A model generated the notes under the pieces. That model made no database searches. It was not told the origin of the DNA and saw only the letters and a list, made by a program, of their open reading frames with translations. A stretch of 64,000 nucleotides of DNA from assembly GCA_007116575.1 (NCBI GenBank), contig SKIF01000069.1:1234-65233 (forward strand), in the 5' to 3' direction. The stretch is from Paracoccaceae bacterium. Lineage in GTDB: Bacteria; Pseudomonadota; Alphaproteobacteria; Rhodobacterales; Rhodobacteraceae. This document shows positions 1 to 9,542 of the stretch, piece by piece. The number at the start of each line of letters is the position of its first letter. Within the stretch, counting starts at the first letter, position 1. Position numbers and translations under genes: made by a program.

Positions 1-87
1 CCCTGAACGCATCGAATCCAAGGTAGAGGCGACATTATCGCCCAGCGGGTTGAGCGTCCCCGCCCCCGTGATGACAACCCGCCTCAT
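1..87 (-). CDS. beta-ketoacyl-ACP synthase (FabF-like), 5' part only; runs off the window
   Basis: Manual translation MRRVVITGAGTLNPLGDNVASTLDSMRSG is a typical KAS II N-terminus; ATG overlaps the ACP stop (ATGA). Confidence 0.85.
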   Translation of the reverse strand, partial: MRRVVITGAGTLNPLGDNVASTLDSMRSG

Positions 88-356
88 GCAGCCTGTCTGG
101 CCACCAGTCTTTCCACCTCGGCGATGATCGCGCCCACGGACGAGATGTCGAATCCCGGCTGTTCGGGCGTATTCGCGTTGAATGGCACAGTGATCCCGAA
201 GCGTTCCTCGATCCCGAAGATACACTCGACCAGCCCCAGACTGTCGAGTCCGAGATCGGTCAGGTTGCTCTCGGGCGTGACCTCTGTGGGCTCCAGAAGC
301 GCCTGTTCCGCGATGATTTCGGTCACAGCTTGTGCAATCGTCTGAGCGTCTTGCAT
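84..356 (-). CDS. acyl carrier protein (specialised ACP)
   Basis: DLGLDSLGLVE phosphopantetheine motif, acidic ~90 aa, translationally coupled to the KAS gene. Confidence 0.9.
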   Translation of the reverse strand: MQDAQTIAQAVTEIIAEQALLEPTEVTPESNLTDLGLDSLGLVECIFGIEERFGITVPFNANTPEQPGFDISSVGAIIAEVERLVARQAA

Positions 357-496
357 GACATCAAGTCCCATTGGACGTACCCTTGTTGCCGTGGTCGTCC
401 TGCTATTACAGCCAAATGTAACAGTTTCGCAACAAGGGGCAATTCAAATCGGCGCGCGCCGCGAGGCGCACGCCGTCATTGCCGCCCCGAGACCCG

Positions 497-2107
497 TCAG
501 ATACGCAGGCCGTTATCCACCGCGCCCGCGCGCATCAGCGCCTCGAAGATGCGCGCGTCGCGACCATAGATGTCATTGCGGAAATTCAGCACCCCGCGCA
601 CATCGGTAAAGGCCGTGCGATAGACCAGATGTACCGGCACGGGCTCGTCCAGATAGACACGGGTCTGCTGCCGGGTATTGAGCACTGAATGATACAGGCC
701 CTGCGGGTCATCCGTCTGACGCGACAGCAATTCATAGGCAAAATCACGCGGGTCTTGCAGCCGGATGCAGCCCGAGGAATGCGTCCGTACCGTGGTATTG
801 AACAGATGCCGGTCAGGCGTGTCGTGCAGGTAGATCGCATACGGGTTGGGGAACATGAATTTCACTTCCCCCAGCGCATTGCGTGGTCCCGGCGGCTGAC
901 GGACGTTGAAGGGGAAATTCGCCGGCGTGTAGCGCGAGAAATCGATCGCGCCGCGCGGCACGACGCGGCCCTGCGCATCCACGATCTGAAGATGCTGCGC
1001 CCCGCCCGAGGCCAGCGCGCCCCAGTAGGACCGCGCCAGGATCGAGCGCGGCAATGTCCAGTCCGGGTTGATTTCCAGATAGGTCATCCGGTCCGAGAAT
1101 TCCGGTGTCTGCCGGTCGCTGGGCTGCGCCCCGATGATCGACTTGGTCTGGAAGGTGATCTGATCGTGATCGACGATCCACGAGGAGAAATCCGTCAGAT
1201 TGACCCAGATATGGCGGTCACCGCGCGGAATGTTCAGCCAGCGTTCGCGCTCCATCGCAACGATGACCGATTTCAACCGTTCCTCGGGGGCGACATTGAG
1301 CGCACGGATCGTCGCCGGGCCGGCGATTCCGTCCCCTTCGATACCGTGATTGATCTGGAACTCCAGCACCGCGCCCTGCAGTGCCGCATCATAGCTGGCG
1401 CTGGCCGAGCGCTCCAGATAACCCATGGCAATCAGCCGGTTACGCAAGGCAATCACTGCCGCGCCCGAGGTGCCCACCGTAAAGCGGGTCTCGGGCACAC
1501 GCGGCCCCCAGCCCCCGTTCTCGATCACCGTCACCAACTCTTCGCGCGCGCGAAGCAGTCGTGCATATTCTGGTGCCGACGGCGCAAGGTTGCGGATGAA
1601 ACTCGCCGCCGGGGCCTCGGCAAATTCACTCAGAAGCTCTTTCGGGTCGGGCCGGGGCAGCACGCGCACGATACTGCGGTCCACTTGCCGCGGGTCGATC
1701 ACGCCACTGTGCAAGTCGCGCGCAAATTGCACGAACACCTTGGTCACCCTGGCCTCGAGCTGGCCACGGTCCCGCTCGCTCTCGACCGCCTCAAAAGCTG
1801 CGATCAGCCCGGGCAGATCATAGCGCGCCGCTGGCAGACCATGATCAGCGGCGCGCGACAGCGCATTGATCAATGCTTCGCGGCGGGGGGCATCCTCGGG
1901 GCCGGTCCAGAGTGTCTGGTAGTCATGTGTCCGGTAGAACGCCGAAATGGCCTCGTTACCCGAGACATGCTCCGCCAATGCCTGCCGGAAGGCCGGAAAT
2001 TGCTGTGCCTGTGTCGTCGCAGGGGAAATCAGGATCAATGCGAGTGCCGCTGCCGCCACGCCGCTGCGGATTGCAGAGCCGGGGCGCAACTTTCCGAAAA
2101 ACACCAT
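497..2107 (-). CDS. murein L,D-transpeptidase (YcbB/LdtD family)
   Basis: Signal peptide, PG-binding motif (FQINHGIEGDGIAG), YLHDTP...HSSGCIRL catalytic motif. Confidence 0.92.
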   Translation of the reverse strand: MVFFGKLRPGSAIRSGVAAAALALILISPATTQAQQFPAFRQALAEHVSGNEAISAFYRTHDYQTLWTGPEDAPRREALINALSRAADHGLPAARYDLPGLIAAFEAVESERDRGQLEARVTKVFVQFARDLHSGVIDPRQVDRSIVRVLPRPDPKELLSEFAEAPAASFIRNLAPSAPEYARLLRAREELVTVIENGGWGPRVPETRFTVGTSGAAVIALRNRLIAMGYLERSASASYDAALQGAVLEFQINHGIEGDGIAGPATIRALNVAPEERLKSVIVAMERERWLNIPRGDRHIWVNLTDFSSWIVDHDQITFQTKSIIGAQPSDRQTPEFSDRMTYLEINPDWTLPRSILARSYWGALASGGAQHLQIVDAQGRVVPRGAIDFSRYTPANFPFNVRQPPGPRNALGEVKFMFPNPYAIYLHDTPDRHLFNTTVRTHSSGCIRLQDPRDFAYELLSRQTDDPQGLYHSVLNTRQQTRVYLDEPVPVHLVYRTAFTDVRGVLNFRNDIYGRDARIFEALMRAGAVDNGLRI

Positions 2108-2537
2108 CCTATCCCCCTATGACTTTGATGAAGTAGGCAGATTACCGCTGATCGCGTCCAGTAACAAGACCGCGAGGGCGGCCATCGGGCGGCGCGTGTG
2201 GCCTTCAGGCTTTGTCAATGCTTTCGGGCTAAGCTCCCAGGCATGCACAGAATGCGCATGTCATCTCACAAGCCCCCTGCCACCCTTCGCCCCCGCGCCG
2301 GGTCGTCCACAGCAAACTGGCAGAATTCCGCTCAAGACCTGGGCGAAAGTGCGACATCAACAGAATCAGTCTTGGGCTCGGGTCGCAGGTGTGTCAGATT
2401 TCCGCGCAAGGTCAGGTGTGTCTACTGCCTGCCTGCGAACCGACTGCCGTGTTCGAAAAGTGACAGTCGGAACAGGATCGCAACCGCAGCGGGCTGCGGA
2501 TGAGATGATGAGAACAGAACGAGGGATCAAGCGACCA

Positions 2538-3107
2538 ATGCCGCTTTCAGAGACAGCAACACTGCGCCGCCGCACGCTCTTGAGTGCATTTGCCGCAACA
2601 GCCATCACCGCCGCCCCCTTCTTTTCCGCTGCACCCGCCTATGCGCGGGGTGCTGGCGACGTCCGGCGGCTGAAATTCTATTCCGGGCGCACGGGTGAGA
2701 ATATCGACGTGATCTACTGGATCGACGGCAGCTACATCCCCGAGTCGATGGCCGAGATCAATCACTTCTTCCGCGACTGGCGCAACAATGCCGTGCATGA
2801 AATCGACACTCGCACGCTCGATCTGCTTACGGCCACTCACAATATCCTGCAGGTCAGCGAGCCCTACATGCTGCTGTCGGGCTACCGGTCGCCGCAGACA
2901 AATGCCATGCTCCGCGCACGTTCGCGCAATGTGGCACAAAACTCTTTGCACCTTCGCGGGCAGGCCGCTGATGTCCGCCTGCGCTCGCGCTCGGTCGCCC
3001 AGATCGCCCAGGCAGCGATCTCGTGCAATGCCGGTGGTGTCGGGCGCTATTCGGGATCGAATTTTGTGCATATGGATTGCGGTGCCGTCCGCAACTGGGG
3101 TCGGTAG
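2538..3107 (+). CDS. YcbK/MepK (DUF882, peptidase M15-like) Tat-exported endopeptidase
   Basis: Twin-Arg LRRRTLL signal; SGYRSPQTN, SLHLRGQAAD, FVHMDCG motifs; divergent from ycbB; start inferred. Confidence 0.88.
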   Translation: MPLSETATLRRRTLLSAFAATAITAAPFFSAAPAYARGAGDVRRLKFYSGRTGENIDVIYWIDGSYIPESMAEINHFFRDWRNNAVHEIDTRTLDLLTATHNILQVSEPYMLLSGYRSPQTNAMLRARSRNVAQNSLHLRGQAADVRLRSRSVAQIAQAAISCNAGGVGRYSGSNFVHMDCGAVRNWGR

Positions 3108-3344
3108 GCGCGCGACAATCGCGCGATCATCGGCCTCGACACGACCGCATGACCATGTTCCGGGGTCTTGATGCCCGCCATGCGATGGCACTGCCAGCTT
3201 CACACCGTCTTTACCGCTTGCGCGTAATCATTGCCCTGAAAGCGTTTTTCTGCGCATAAAGAGGGCGATGGTGTCGGGAAAGTGAAAGATGGCCGTGGAA
3301 AAACCGGCAAGCGCTTCCCCGGCATAGTGGTTTGAGGCGCGTTG

Positions 3345-3998
3345 ATGCTGCAGTTCGAGAATGTCAGCAAGTCCTTCTGGACCGGAACCCAGCGCAAGGT
3401 CATTCTCGACCAGGCCAGCTTCGAGGTGCGGCGCGGCCAAAATCTTGGGGTGCTCGCCAAGAACGGCACCGGCAAGACCACAGTCATCAACATGATGGCC
3501 GGGTTGGAAAAACCTGATGAGGGAAAAATCTACCGCAACTGCTCGGTCTCCTTCCCGCTCGGCTTCATGGGCGGGCTGAACACCAAGCATTCCGGTACCG
3601 AGAATGTCCGCTACATCGCCACGCTGTACAGTCTTGACCCTGACGAGGTCGAGGCATTTTGCCGTTGGTTGTGTGACATCGAAGAATATTTCGATATGCC
3701 GATCGGCACCTATAGCCAGGGCATGCGGTCGCGTTTGGCGCTGTCGCTGATGCTGGCAATGAATTTTGATCTCTATCTCGTCGATGAGGGGATGCCCAGC
3801 ACCACCGATGTCGGCTTCAACCGCCGTGCGGGCTCGGTAATGAGCGAGCGTTTCCAGAACTCTACACTGGTCGTGGTCTCGCACCAGACCGATATTCTCG
3901 CCAAGTTCTGCACCACCGCAGCCGTGCTGCACGATGGCAAGCTCTATTTCTTCGACACTCTCGAGGAAGCCAAGGAACTCTATGACTACACCGATTAA
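3345..3998 (+). CDS. kpsT: capsular polysaccharide export ABC ATPase (KpsT-like)
   Basis: Walker A-like AKNGTGKT, YSQGMRSRL signature, YLVDE. Confidence 0.85.
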   Translation: MLQFENVSKSFWTGTQRKVILDQASFEVRRGQNLGVLAKNGTGKTTVINMMAGLEKPDEGKIYRNCSVSFPLGFMGGLNTKHSGTENVRYIATLYSLDPDEVEAFCRWLCDIEEYFDMPIGTYSQGMRSRLALSLMLAMNFDLYLVDEGMPSTTDVGFNRRAGSVMSERFQNSTLVVVSHQTDILAKFCTTAAVLHDGKLYFFDTLEEAKELYDYTD

Positions 3999-5727
3999 AT
4001 CCAAGCGCTTTCGTTTGCGCCGCAGCACCCCCGTCGGCACGCCCGAGCAGGGCGCGCCCGATGCCGGTGCGCCCGATGCCGGTGCTCAGGTCAGGCGAGA
4101 GGGGGAACCGCAGACACGCAAGCTGATGCCAGAGCCCGCTTCCGTGACTGCACGACCGCCATTGCCGGGGGTAAAAGAGCGCGCTGAACCAAGCGTCGCC
4201 AGAGAACCCGAACCCCGGACTGCGAATGAGCCCCGCACTGCCGACCTGGAGGGATCGTCCGGCACCGAGGCCAGCCTCGAAGCGATTCGCAACGAGGGCC
4301 TGACCGCGCGGCAATTGCGCATGGCGATGCGGGTTGCCCAGAAACACGGTATCCGTCCGACCTCGGCCTATGAAGCGGTGCTGATGCTGCGTCAGCGCGG
4401 CATTGACCCGTTCGCGCGCGCCACCCTGCTGTCTCTGGTGCAGAATGATCAGGCCGAGCAAGGCCGCGAGCTTGCCCCGAGCCCCGAGACTGCACCGGCG
4501 GCAGCTCCCGCCACCGCAGACGACCCCGTCGCCGCCGCAAAAGAGCGCATGGCCCGGATTGCCAGCGAGCGCGAAAAAGAACTCAAGCGCGTCCAGCACG
4601 AGATCGCCAAACGCCGCCGCAAGCGCATGGCGCTTTTGGGAGCGCGCCTGCTGGTCTTTGTCACGCTGCCGACATTCCTGGTAACTTGGTATTTTTATCT
4701 GATCGCAACCCCGATGTATGGCACTGAGAGCCAGTTCATCATCCAGCAGGCTGACAGTCAGGGCGGCATGGGAGCTGTGGGAGGGCTGTTGCCCTCGGCC
4801 GCCGGGATGGGCATGGGGGGGCAGAGCGAGGCTGCGTCTGTGCAAGCCTATCTGCAATCACGCGCGGCGATGAACCGGCTCGATGATGAAGAGGGATTCA
4901 AGGAGCATTTCAGTGGCTCCGGTATCGATATCCTGCGCCGATTGTCAGAGGATGCGACAAATGAAGACGCCTTCAAGCTTTACAAGCGCCATGTCCAGAT
5001 CGGCTATGATCCGACCGAGGGCGTGGTCCGGCTGGAGGTGATCGCCGCGACGCCAGAAGATAGCGAACGCTTCTCTCGCGCGCTGATCCGCTTCGCTGAA
5101 GAACAGGTCGACATGATGACCCAGCGCCTGCGCGACAGCCAGTTGGGTGAGGCCCGCGCCGGTCTTGATGAGGCGCAGGAGCGGCTGACCGAGGCGCGGC
5201 TGGCCGTCGTCAACCTGCAGGAACAATCCTCGATCCTGTCGGGCGAGGTGGAATTGTCGATGATCTCGCAGCAGATCTCCGCGCTCGAGACCGAGTTGAC
5301 GCAGACACGGCTCAGCCTGCAGGAACTGCTCTCGAACCCGCGGCCCAACCAGGCCCGCGTGCAGCCGCTCGAACGCCGCGAAGCCGCTCTGCGCGCCGAG
5401 ATCGACACACTGCGCGGCTCGCTGACGCGCGACACGGATGGCACTGTTTCGCTCGCCCGCGTTCAGAGCCAGCTGATCATGGCAGAGGCCGAGGTTCAGA
5501 CCCGCGAGATGATGCGCGCGCAGGCCATGCAGCAGCTCGAGAATGCCCGGATCGAGGTCAGCCGACAGGTCCGCTATCTCGCCCTCTCGGTCGAACCGGT
5601 CGCCCCGGACAGCCCGACCTACCCCCGCAAGGCCGAGAATTCGGCGCTGGCCTTCCTGATCTTCCTTGGCATCTACCTCTTCATGTCGATGACGGCATCG
5701 GTGCTACGCGAGCAGATTTCAGGCTGA
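3982..5727 (+). CDS. capsule export inner-membrane protein (KpsE-like) with low-complexity N-terminus
   Basis: TM then ATPMYGTESQF, coiled coil, PVAPDSPTYPR and C-terminal TM; overlaps kpsT end. Confidence 0.82.
   Translation: MTTPIKSKRFRLRRSTPVGTPEQGAPDAGAPDAGAQVRREGEPQTRKLMPEPASVTARPPLPGVKERAEPSVAREPEPRTANEPRTADLEGSSGTEASLEAIRNEGLTARQLRMAMRVAQKHGIRPTSAYEAVLMLRQRGIDPFARATLLSLVQNDQAEQGRELAPSPETAPAAAPATADDPVAAAKERMARIASEREKELKRVQHEIAKRRRKRMALLGARLLVFVTLPTFLVTWYFYLIATPMYGTESQFIIQQADSQGGMGAVGGLLPSAAGMGMGGQSEAASVQAYLQSRAAMNRLDDEEGFKEHFSGSGIDILRRLSEDATNEDAFKLYKRHVQIGYDPTEGVVRLEVIAATPEDSERFSRALIRFAEEQVDMMTQRLRDSQLGEARAGLDEAQERLTEARLAVVNLQEQSSILSGEVELSMISQQISALETELTQTRLSLQELLSNPRPNQARVQPLERREAALRAEIDTLRGSLTRDTDGTVSLARVQSQLIMAEAEVQTREMMRAQAMQQLENARIEVSRQVRYLALSVEPVAPDSPTYPRKAENSALAFLIFLGIYLFMSMTASVLREQISG
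4054..4083 (+). repeat. 15-bp tandem repeat (GCGCCCGATGCCGGT x2) encoding APDAG-APDAG
   Basis: Exact duplication seen in sequence. Confidence 0.85.
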
Positions 5728-5828
5728 GGCACTGGCCGCAAATCTGGCAGCGGCGCGCACGAGCGGGTGGTTATCCCGGCCATGATCGGTCCAAAGAAGG
5801 CAGTCGCGTGCAAAGCGCGCCTGCCTGC

Positions 5829-7004
5829 TCACAAGGCCTGCCCCGCCGCCCAGCCCGAGGACCAGGCCCACTGGAAATTGTATCCGCCCAGCCAGCCTGT
5901 CACGTCCACGACTTCGCCAATGAAATATAGGGCAGGCAGGGTCCGGCTCGCCATGCTGCGCGCGTCGAGCCCGCGCGTGTCCACCCCGCCCAGCGTCACT
6001 TCGGCGGTGCGGTAGCCTTCGGTTCCGACCGGGCGCAACTGCCACTCATGCACCTCGCGCGCCAGTCGCGCCAGTGCGGCCTTGGGCTGGTCGGCCAGAT
6101 TGCCCGCAAGCGCCAGTCGCGCCACGATCTGGCGGGCCAGTTTCTCGGGCAGATGCGCCCCCAGTGCGCTCGCCACTGCCTGCCGCCCGCCTGCCTGTTT
6201 TGCCGCCGCCAGCGCTGCCGCCAGATCCCCGTCCGGCAACAGATCGACCGTGATCGGCATCCCCTCGCGCCAGTAGCTCGATATCTGCAGGATCGACGGC
6301 CCTGACAGCCCGCGATGGGTGAACAAGAGCCCCTCGCGAAAGCCGATCCCGCCGGCAGAGACCTCGGCGGGCAGCGCCACGCCCGCCAGCGGGCGGATCG
6401 CGTCAAGCTGGGCGGCGCTGAAGGTCAGCGGCACCAGGGCGGGCCGTGTCTCGGTCACGGCCAGCCCGAACCGGCGCGCGATCTCGTAGCCGAAGCCGGT
6501 CGCCCCCATCTTCGGGATCGACTTGCCCCCCGTGGCCACCACCAGTTTGTCGGCCTGCATCGCACCCGCGCTGGTCTGCACATGGAACCCGTCACCATGC
6601 GTGATCTCGCCCACCTGTGTGGCCAGATGCAACTCCACCCCCGATGCCGCCATATCGGCCACCAGCATGGCGATGATCTCGCGCGCAGAGCCATCGCAGA
6701 AAAGCTGCCCCAGCGTCTTTTCATGCCAGCCGATCCCCGCGCGCTCGATGCGGGCGATGAAGTCGGCTTGCGTGTAGCGGCTGAGCGCCGAGCGCGCGAA
6801 GCGGGGATTGGCGGACAGGAAGCGCTCGGGGCGGATGTCGAGATTGGTGAAATTGCACCGCCCCCCGCCCGAGATGCGGATCTTCTCGCCGGGGGCTTTC
6901 GCATGGTCGATCAGCGCCACGCGCCGCCCGCGCCGCGCCGCCTCGATGGCGCAAAACATACCCGCAGCCCCTGCCCCGAGGATGATGGCGTCATGGCGGC
7001 GCAT
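5829..7004 (-). CDS. HI0933/YhiN (BaiN) family flavoprotein
   Basis: GAGAAG, KIRISGGGRCNFTN, GWLGGYNFQWAWSSG motifs. Confidence 0.92.
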   Translation of the reverse strand: MRRHDAIILGAGAAGMFCAIEAARRGRRVALIDHAKAPGEKIRISGGGRCNFTNLDIRPERFLSANPRFARSALSRYTQADFIARIERAGIGWHEKTLGQLFCDGSAREIIAMLVADMAASGVELHLATQVGEITHGDGFHVQTSAGAMQADKLVVATGGKSIPKMGATGFGYEIARRFGLAVTETRPALVPLTFSAAQLDAIRPLAGVALPAEVSAGGIGFREGLLFTHRGLSGPSILQISSYWREGMPITVDLLPDGDLAAALAAAKQAGGRQAVASALGAHLPEKLARQIVARLALAGNLADQPKAALARLAREVHEWQLRPVGTEGYRTAEVTLGGVDTRGLDARSMASRTLPALYFIGEVVDVTGWLGGYNFQWAWSSGWAAGQAL

Positions 7005-7134
7005 CACCACCCCCGGAACAGTGCCCGCCCGCGCCAGCGGGCACGGCCCGGCGCGCGCACCCCGGACGCCCAACGCCAAAGCCACTGCGCCACGGCAACG
7101 GGGTGCCAAAGCCGGGCCGTTCCCCCTTCACCGC

Positions 7135-8970
7135 TCACGCCTCCTCGGCGCTCTGGCGCGCCCACATCTGCGCATAGCGCCCGCGCGCGGCGAGCAGCGC
7201 CTCATGCGCGCCCTGCTCGATGATCCGCCCGTCTTCCAGCACGATGATCCGGTCAGCATCGACCACGGTCGAGAGCCGGTGCGCGATGGTCAGCACGGTC
7301 CGTCCCTGCCCCATCGCGCGCAGGCTCTCCTGAATGCTCTGCTCGGTCTGGGTGTCGAGCGCGCTCGTCGCCTCATCGAGCAGCAGAATGGGCGGGTTCT
7401 TCAGAAGCGTCCGCGCGATGCCCACGCGCTGCTTCTCGCCGCCCGAGAGCTTCAGCCCGCGCTCGCCCACAGCCGTGTCATAGCCCTCGGGCAAGCCCGC
7501 GACGAATTCGTGAATCCGGGCTGCGCGGGCCGCTGCCTCGATTTCCGCCCGTGTCGCCCCTTCGCGACCATATCCGATATTGTAGGCAATGGTGTCATTG
7601 AACAGCACCGTGTCCTGCGGCACCACGCCGATCGCGGCATGCAGGCTCGATTGCGTCACGTCGCGCAGATCCTGCCCGTCGATGCGGATCGCGCCGCCGG
7701 TCACATCGTAGAAGCGGAACAAGAGCCGCCCGATGGTCGATTTGCCCGAGCCCGAGGGGCCGACGATGGCCACGGTCTCGCCGCCCTTCACACGCAGGTC
7801 GATCCCGCGCAGGATCGCGCGCGCCGGGTCATAGCCGAATTGCACATCCTCAAACACGACGTCACCCTGCCCGACTTCCAGCGGCCGGGCACCGGGCGCA
7901 TCGCGCACATCGGGCGGCTGGTCGAGCAGGTCGAACATTTCGGCCATGTCCACCAATGCCTGCCGGATCTCGCGATAGACTGTACCGAGGAAGTTCAGCG
8001 GCATGGTGATCTGGATCATATAGGCATTGACCAGGACGAAGTCGCCCACGCTCAGATCGCCCCGCTGCACGCCCATGGCGGCAAGCACCATCACGACCAC
8101 GAGGCCGGTGGTGATGATGAAGGCCTGCCCGAAATTCAACAGCGCCAGCGAATAATTGGTGCTGACGGCGGCTTCTTCATATTTCGCCATGGCGCCATCA
8201 TAGCGCCGCGCCTCCATGCCTTCGGCGTTGAAATACTTGACGGTTTCGAAATTCAGCAGGCTGTCGATGGCCTTCTGGTTGGCGTCCGTGTCCTGCTGGT
8301 TCATGATCCGGCGCTGGCGCACGCGCCATTCGGTGACCCGAAATGTGAACCAGACATAGAGGCCGATCGTCACCACCACGGCAACCAGGTACCAGATATC
8401 GAAAAGCCAGAAGAAGATCACGGCAATCATCAGCAGTTGCAGGACCAGCGGAAAGATCGAGAACAGCAGAAAGCGCAGCAGGAATTCCACCCCCTTCACG
8501 CCCCGTTCGATGATCCGGCTCAGGCCCCCGGTCTTGCGGGTGATGTGATAACGCAGGCTGAGACGGTGGATATGGCCGAAGGTCTCCAGCGCCAGTTGGC
8601 GCAGCGCGCGCTGGCCCACACGGGTGAACAGCACATTGCGCAATTCCTGAAAGCCGATCTCCATCAGCCGCGCGACACCATAAGCCACGGTCAACCCCAC
8701 CGCGCCCACGGCGAGCATCCAGGCCGCGCCCTCGCCCGCCAATGCGTCCACGGCCGCCTTGTAGAAGAACGGCGTGCCCACAGCGACCAGCTTGGCGAGC
8801 ACCAGCGCCACCAGCGCCAGCACCACGCGCTTGCGCACCCATGGCTTGTCAGCGGGCCACAGATACGGGGCCACACGGCGAATGGTGCGCCAGCCGCTGG
8901 CGCGCTCCTGCGCAGCGGTGGGCGTGGTCCGGGTCGCGGCAGGGTCGGTGGCGGAGTCGGTGGCGGTCAT
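7135..8970 (-). CDS. ATM1/ABCB-type fused ABC exporter
   Basis: SLRYHITRKTGGLSR, DSLLNFETVKYF, GPSGSGKS, LSGGEKQRV. Confidence 0.93.
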   Translation of the reverse strand: MTATDSATDPAATRTTPTAAQERASGWRTIRRVAPYLWPADKPWVRKRVVLALVALVLAKLVAVGTPFFYKAAVDALAGEGAAWMLAVGAVGLTVAYGVARLMEIGFQELRNVLFTRVGQRALRQLALETFGHIHRLSLRYHITRKTGGLSRIIERGVKGVEFLLRFLLFSIFPLVLQLLMIAVIFFWLFDIWYLVAVVVTIGLYVWFTFRVTEWRVRQRRIMNQQDTDANQKAIDSLLNFETVKYFNAEGMEARRYDGAMAKYEEAAVSTNYSLALLNFGQAFIITTGLVVVMVLAAMGVQRGDLSVGDFVLVNAYMIQITMPLNFLGTVYREIRQALVDMAEMFDLLDQPPDVRDAPGARPLEVGQGDVVFEDVQFGYDPARAILRGIDLRVKGGETVAIVGPSGSGKSTIGRLLFRFYDVTGGAIRIDGQDLRDVTQSSLHAAIGVVPQDTVLFNDTIAYNIGYGREGATRAEIEAAARAARIHEFVAGLPEGYDTAVGERGLKLSGGEKQRVGIARTLLKNPPILLLDEATSALDTQTEQSIQESLRAMGQGRTVLTIAHRLSTVVDADRIIVLEDGRIIEQGAHEALLAARGRYAQMWARQSAEEA

Positions 8971-9057
8971 CACTGGGCTTTCGGAAGGCTATGGGCGCAA
9001 TCTAGGATCGCGGACCGGGAAAGGCCAGAGGCGCAGCAGCCCCCTGCCGCCCCGCAC

Positions 9058-9384
9058 TCATGCGCTCCCGTCCCCGGACAGCTTCATCAGCACCAGTCCG
9101 GACAGGATCAGCACCGCCGCCAGCAGGCGCATCGGGCCGACCCCTTCTCCGAGCGCCAGAACACCCACGCAAAACGCCCCCAGCGCACCGATCCCGGTCC
9201 AGATCGTATAGGCAGTTCCCAAGGGCAGGGTCTTCATCGACAGCGCCAGCAGGGCGAAGCTGCCGATCATGGCCAGCACCATCACAAGGGTCGGCCCGAC
9301 CCGCGTGAACCCGTGCGACTGCTTCATCGCAACGGCCCAGATGATTTCGAGAACGCCTGCGAAAAACAGATAGACCCACGGCAT
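9058..9384 (-). CDS. sugE: SMR guanidinium exporter Gdx/SugE
   Basis: MPWVYLFFAGVLEIIWA, LPLGTAYTIWTGIG; GGAG RBS; guanidine-II riboswitch upstream. Confidence 0.92.
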   Translation of the reverse strand: MPWVYLFFAGVLEIIWAVAMKQSHGFTRVGPTLVMVLAMIGSFALLALSMKTLPLGTAYTIWTGIGALGAFCVGVLALGEGVGPMRLLAAVLILSGLVLMKLSGDGSA

Positions 9385-9400
9385 CGACATCTCCATCGTC

Positions 9401-9449
9401 GCAGGGTCGTCCCTGCATGTGACAAATGAGTGTCCGAAGCCGTCCTCGG
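9401..9449 (-). ncRNA. guanidine-II (mini-ykkC) riboswitch
   Basis: Two hairpins with ACGR loops: CCGAGG-ACGG-CTTCGG and GCAGGG-ACGA-CCCTGC, 17-nt linker, just upstream of the sugE RBS. Confidence 0.92.
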
Positions 9450-9542
9450 CGACTGTCATCTATGTGACAGGGGATTAGGGGTCAAGTGGCGGGCTCTGAG
9501 GGGTGCTTGAGGGTTGCTCCCTGGCCAATTGCGCAGCCGTTG

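Noticed and set aside
1947-2537. Long N-terminal ORF extensions in the track (ycbK, uvrA, aglE, choX, choV, M32, DUF3833, DUF455)
   Set aside because: They overlap neighbouring genes or regulatory sites; downstream starts fit RBS and family N-termini better
6808-9429. 873-aa plus-strand ORF and other long ORFs such as 689-2122, 23101-24570, 26852-28822, 39556-41205, 58539-60053
   Set aside because: Antisense shadows of well-supported genes, expected from high-GC codon bias; no motifs
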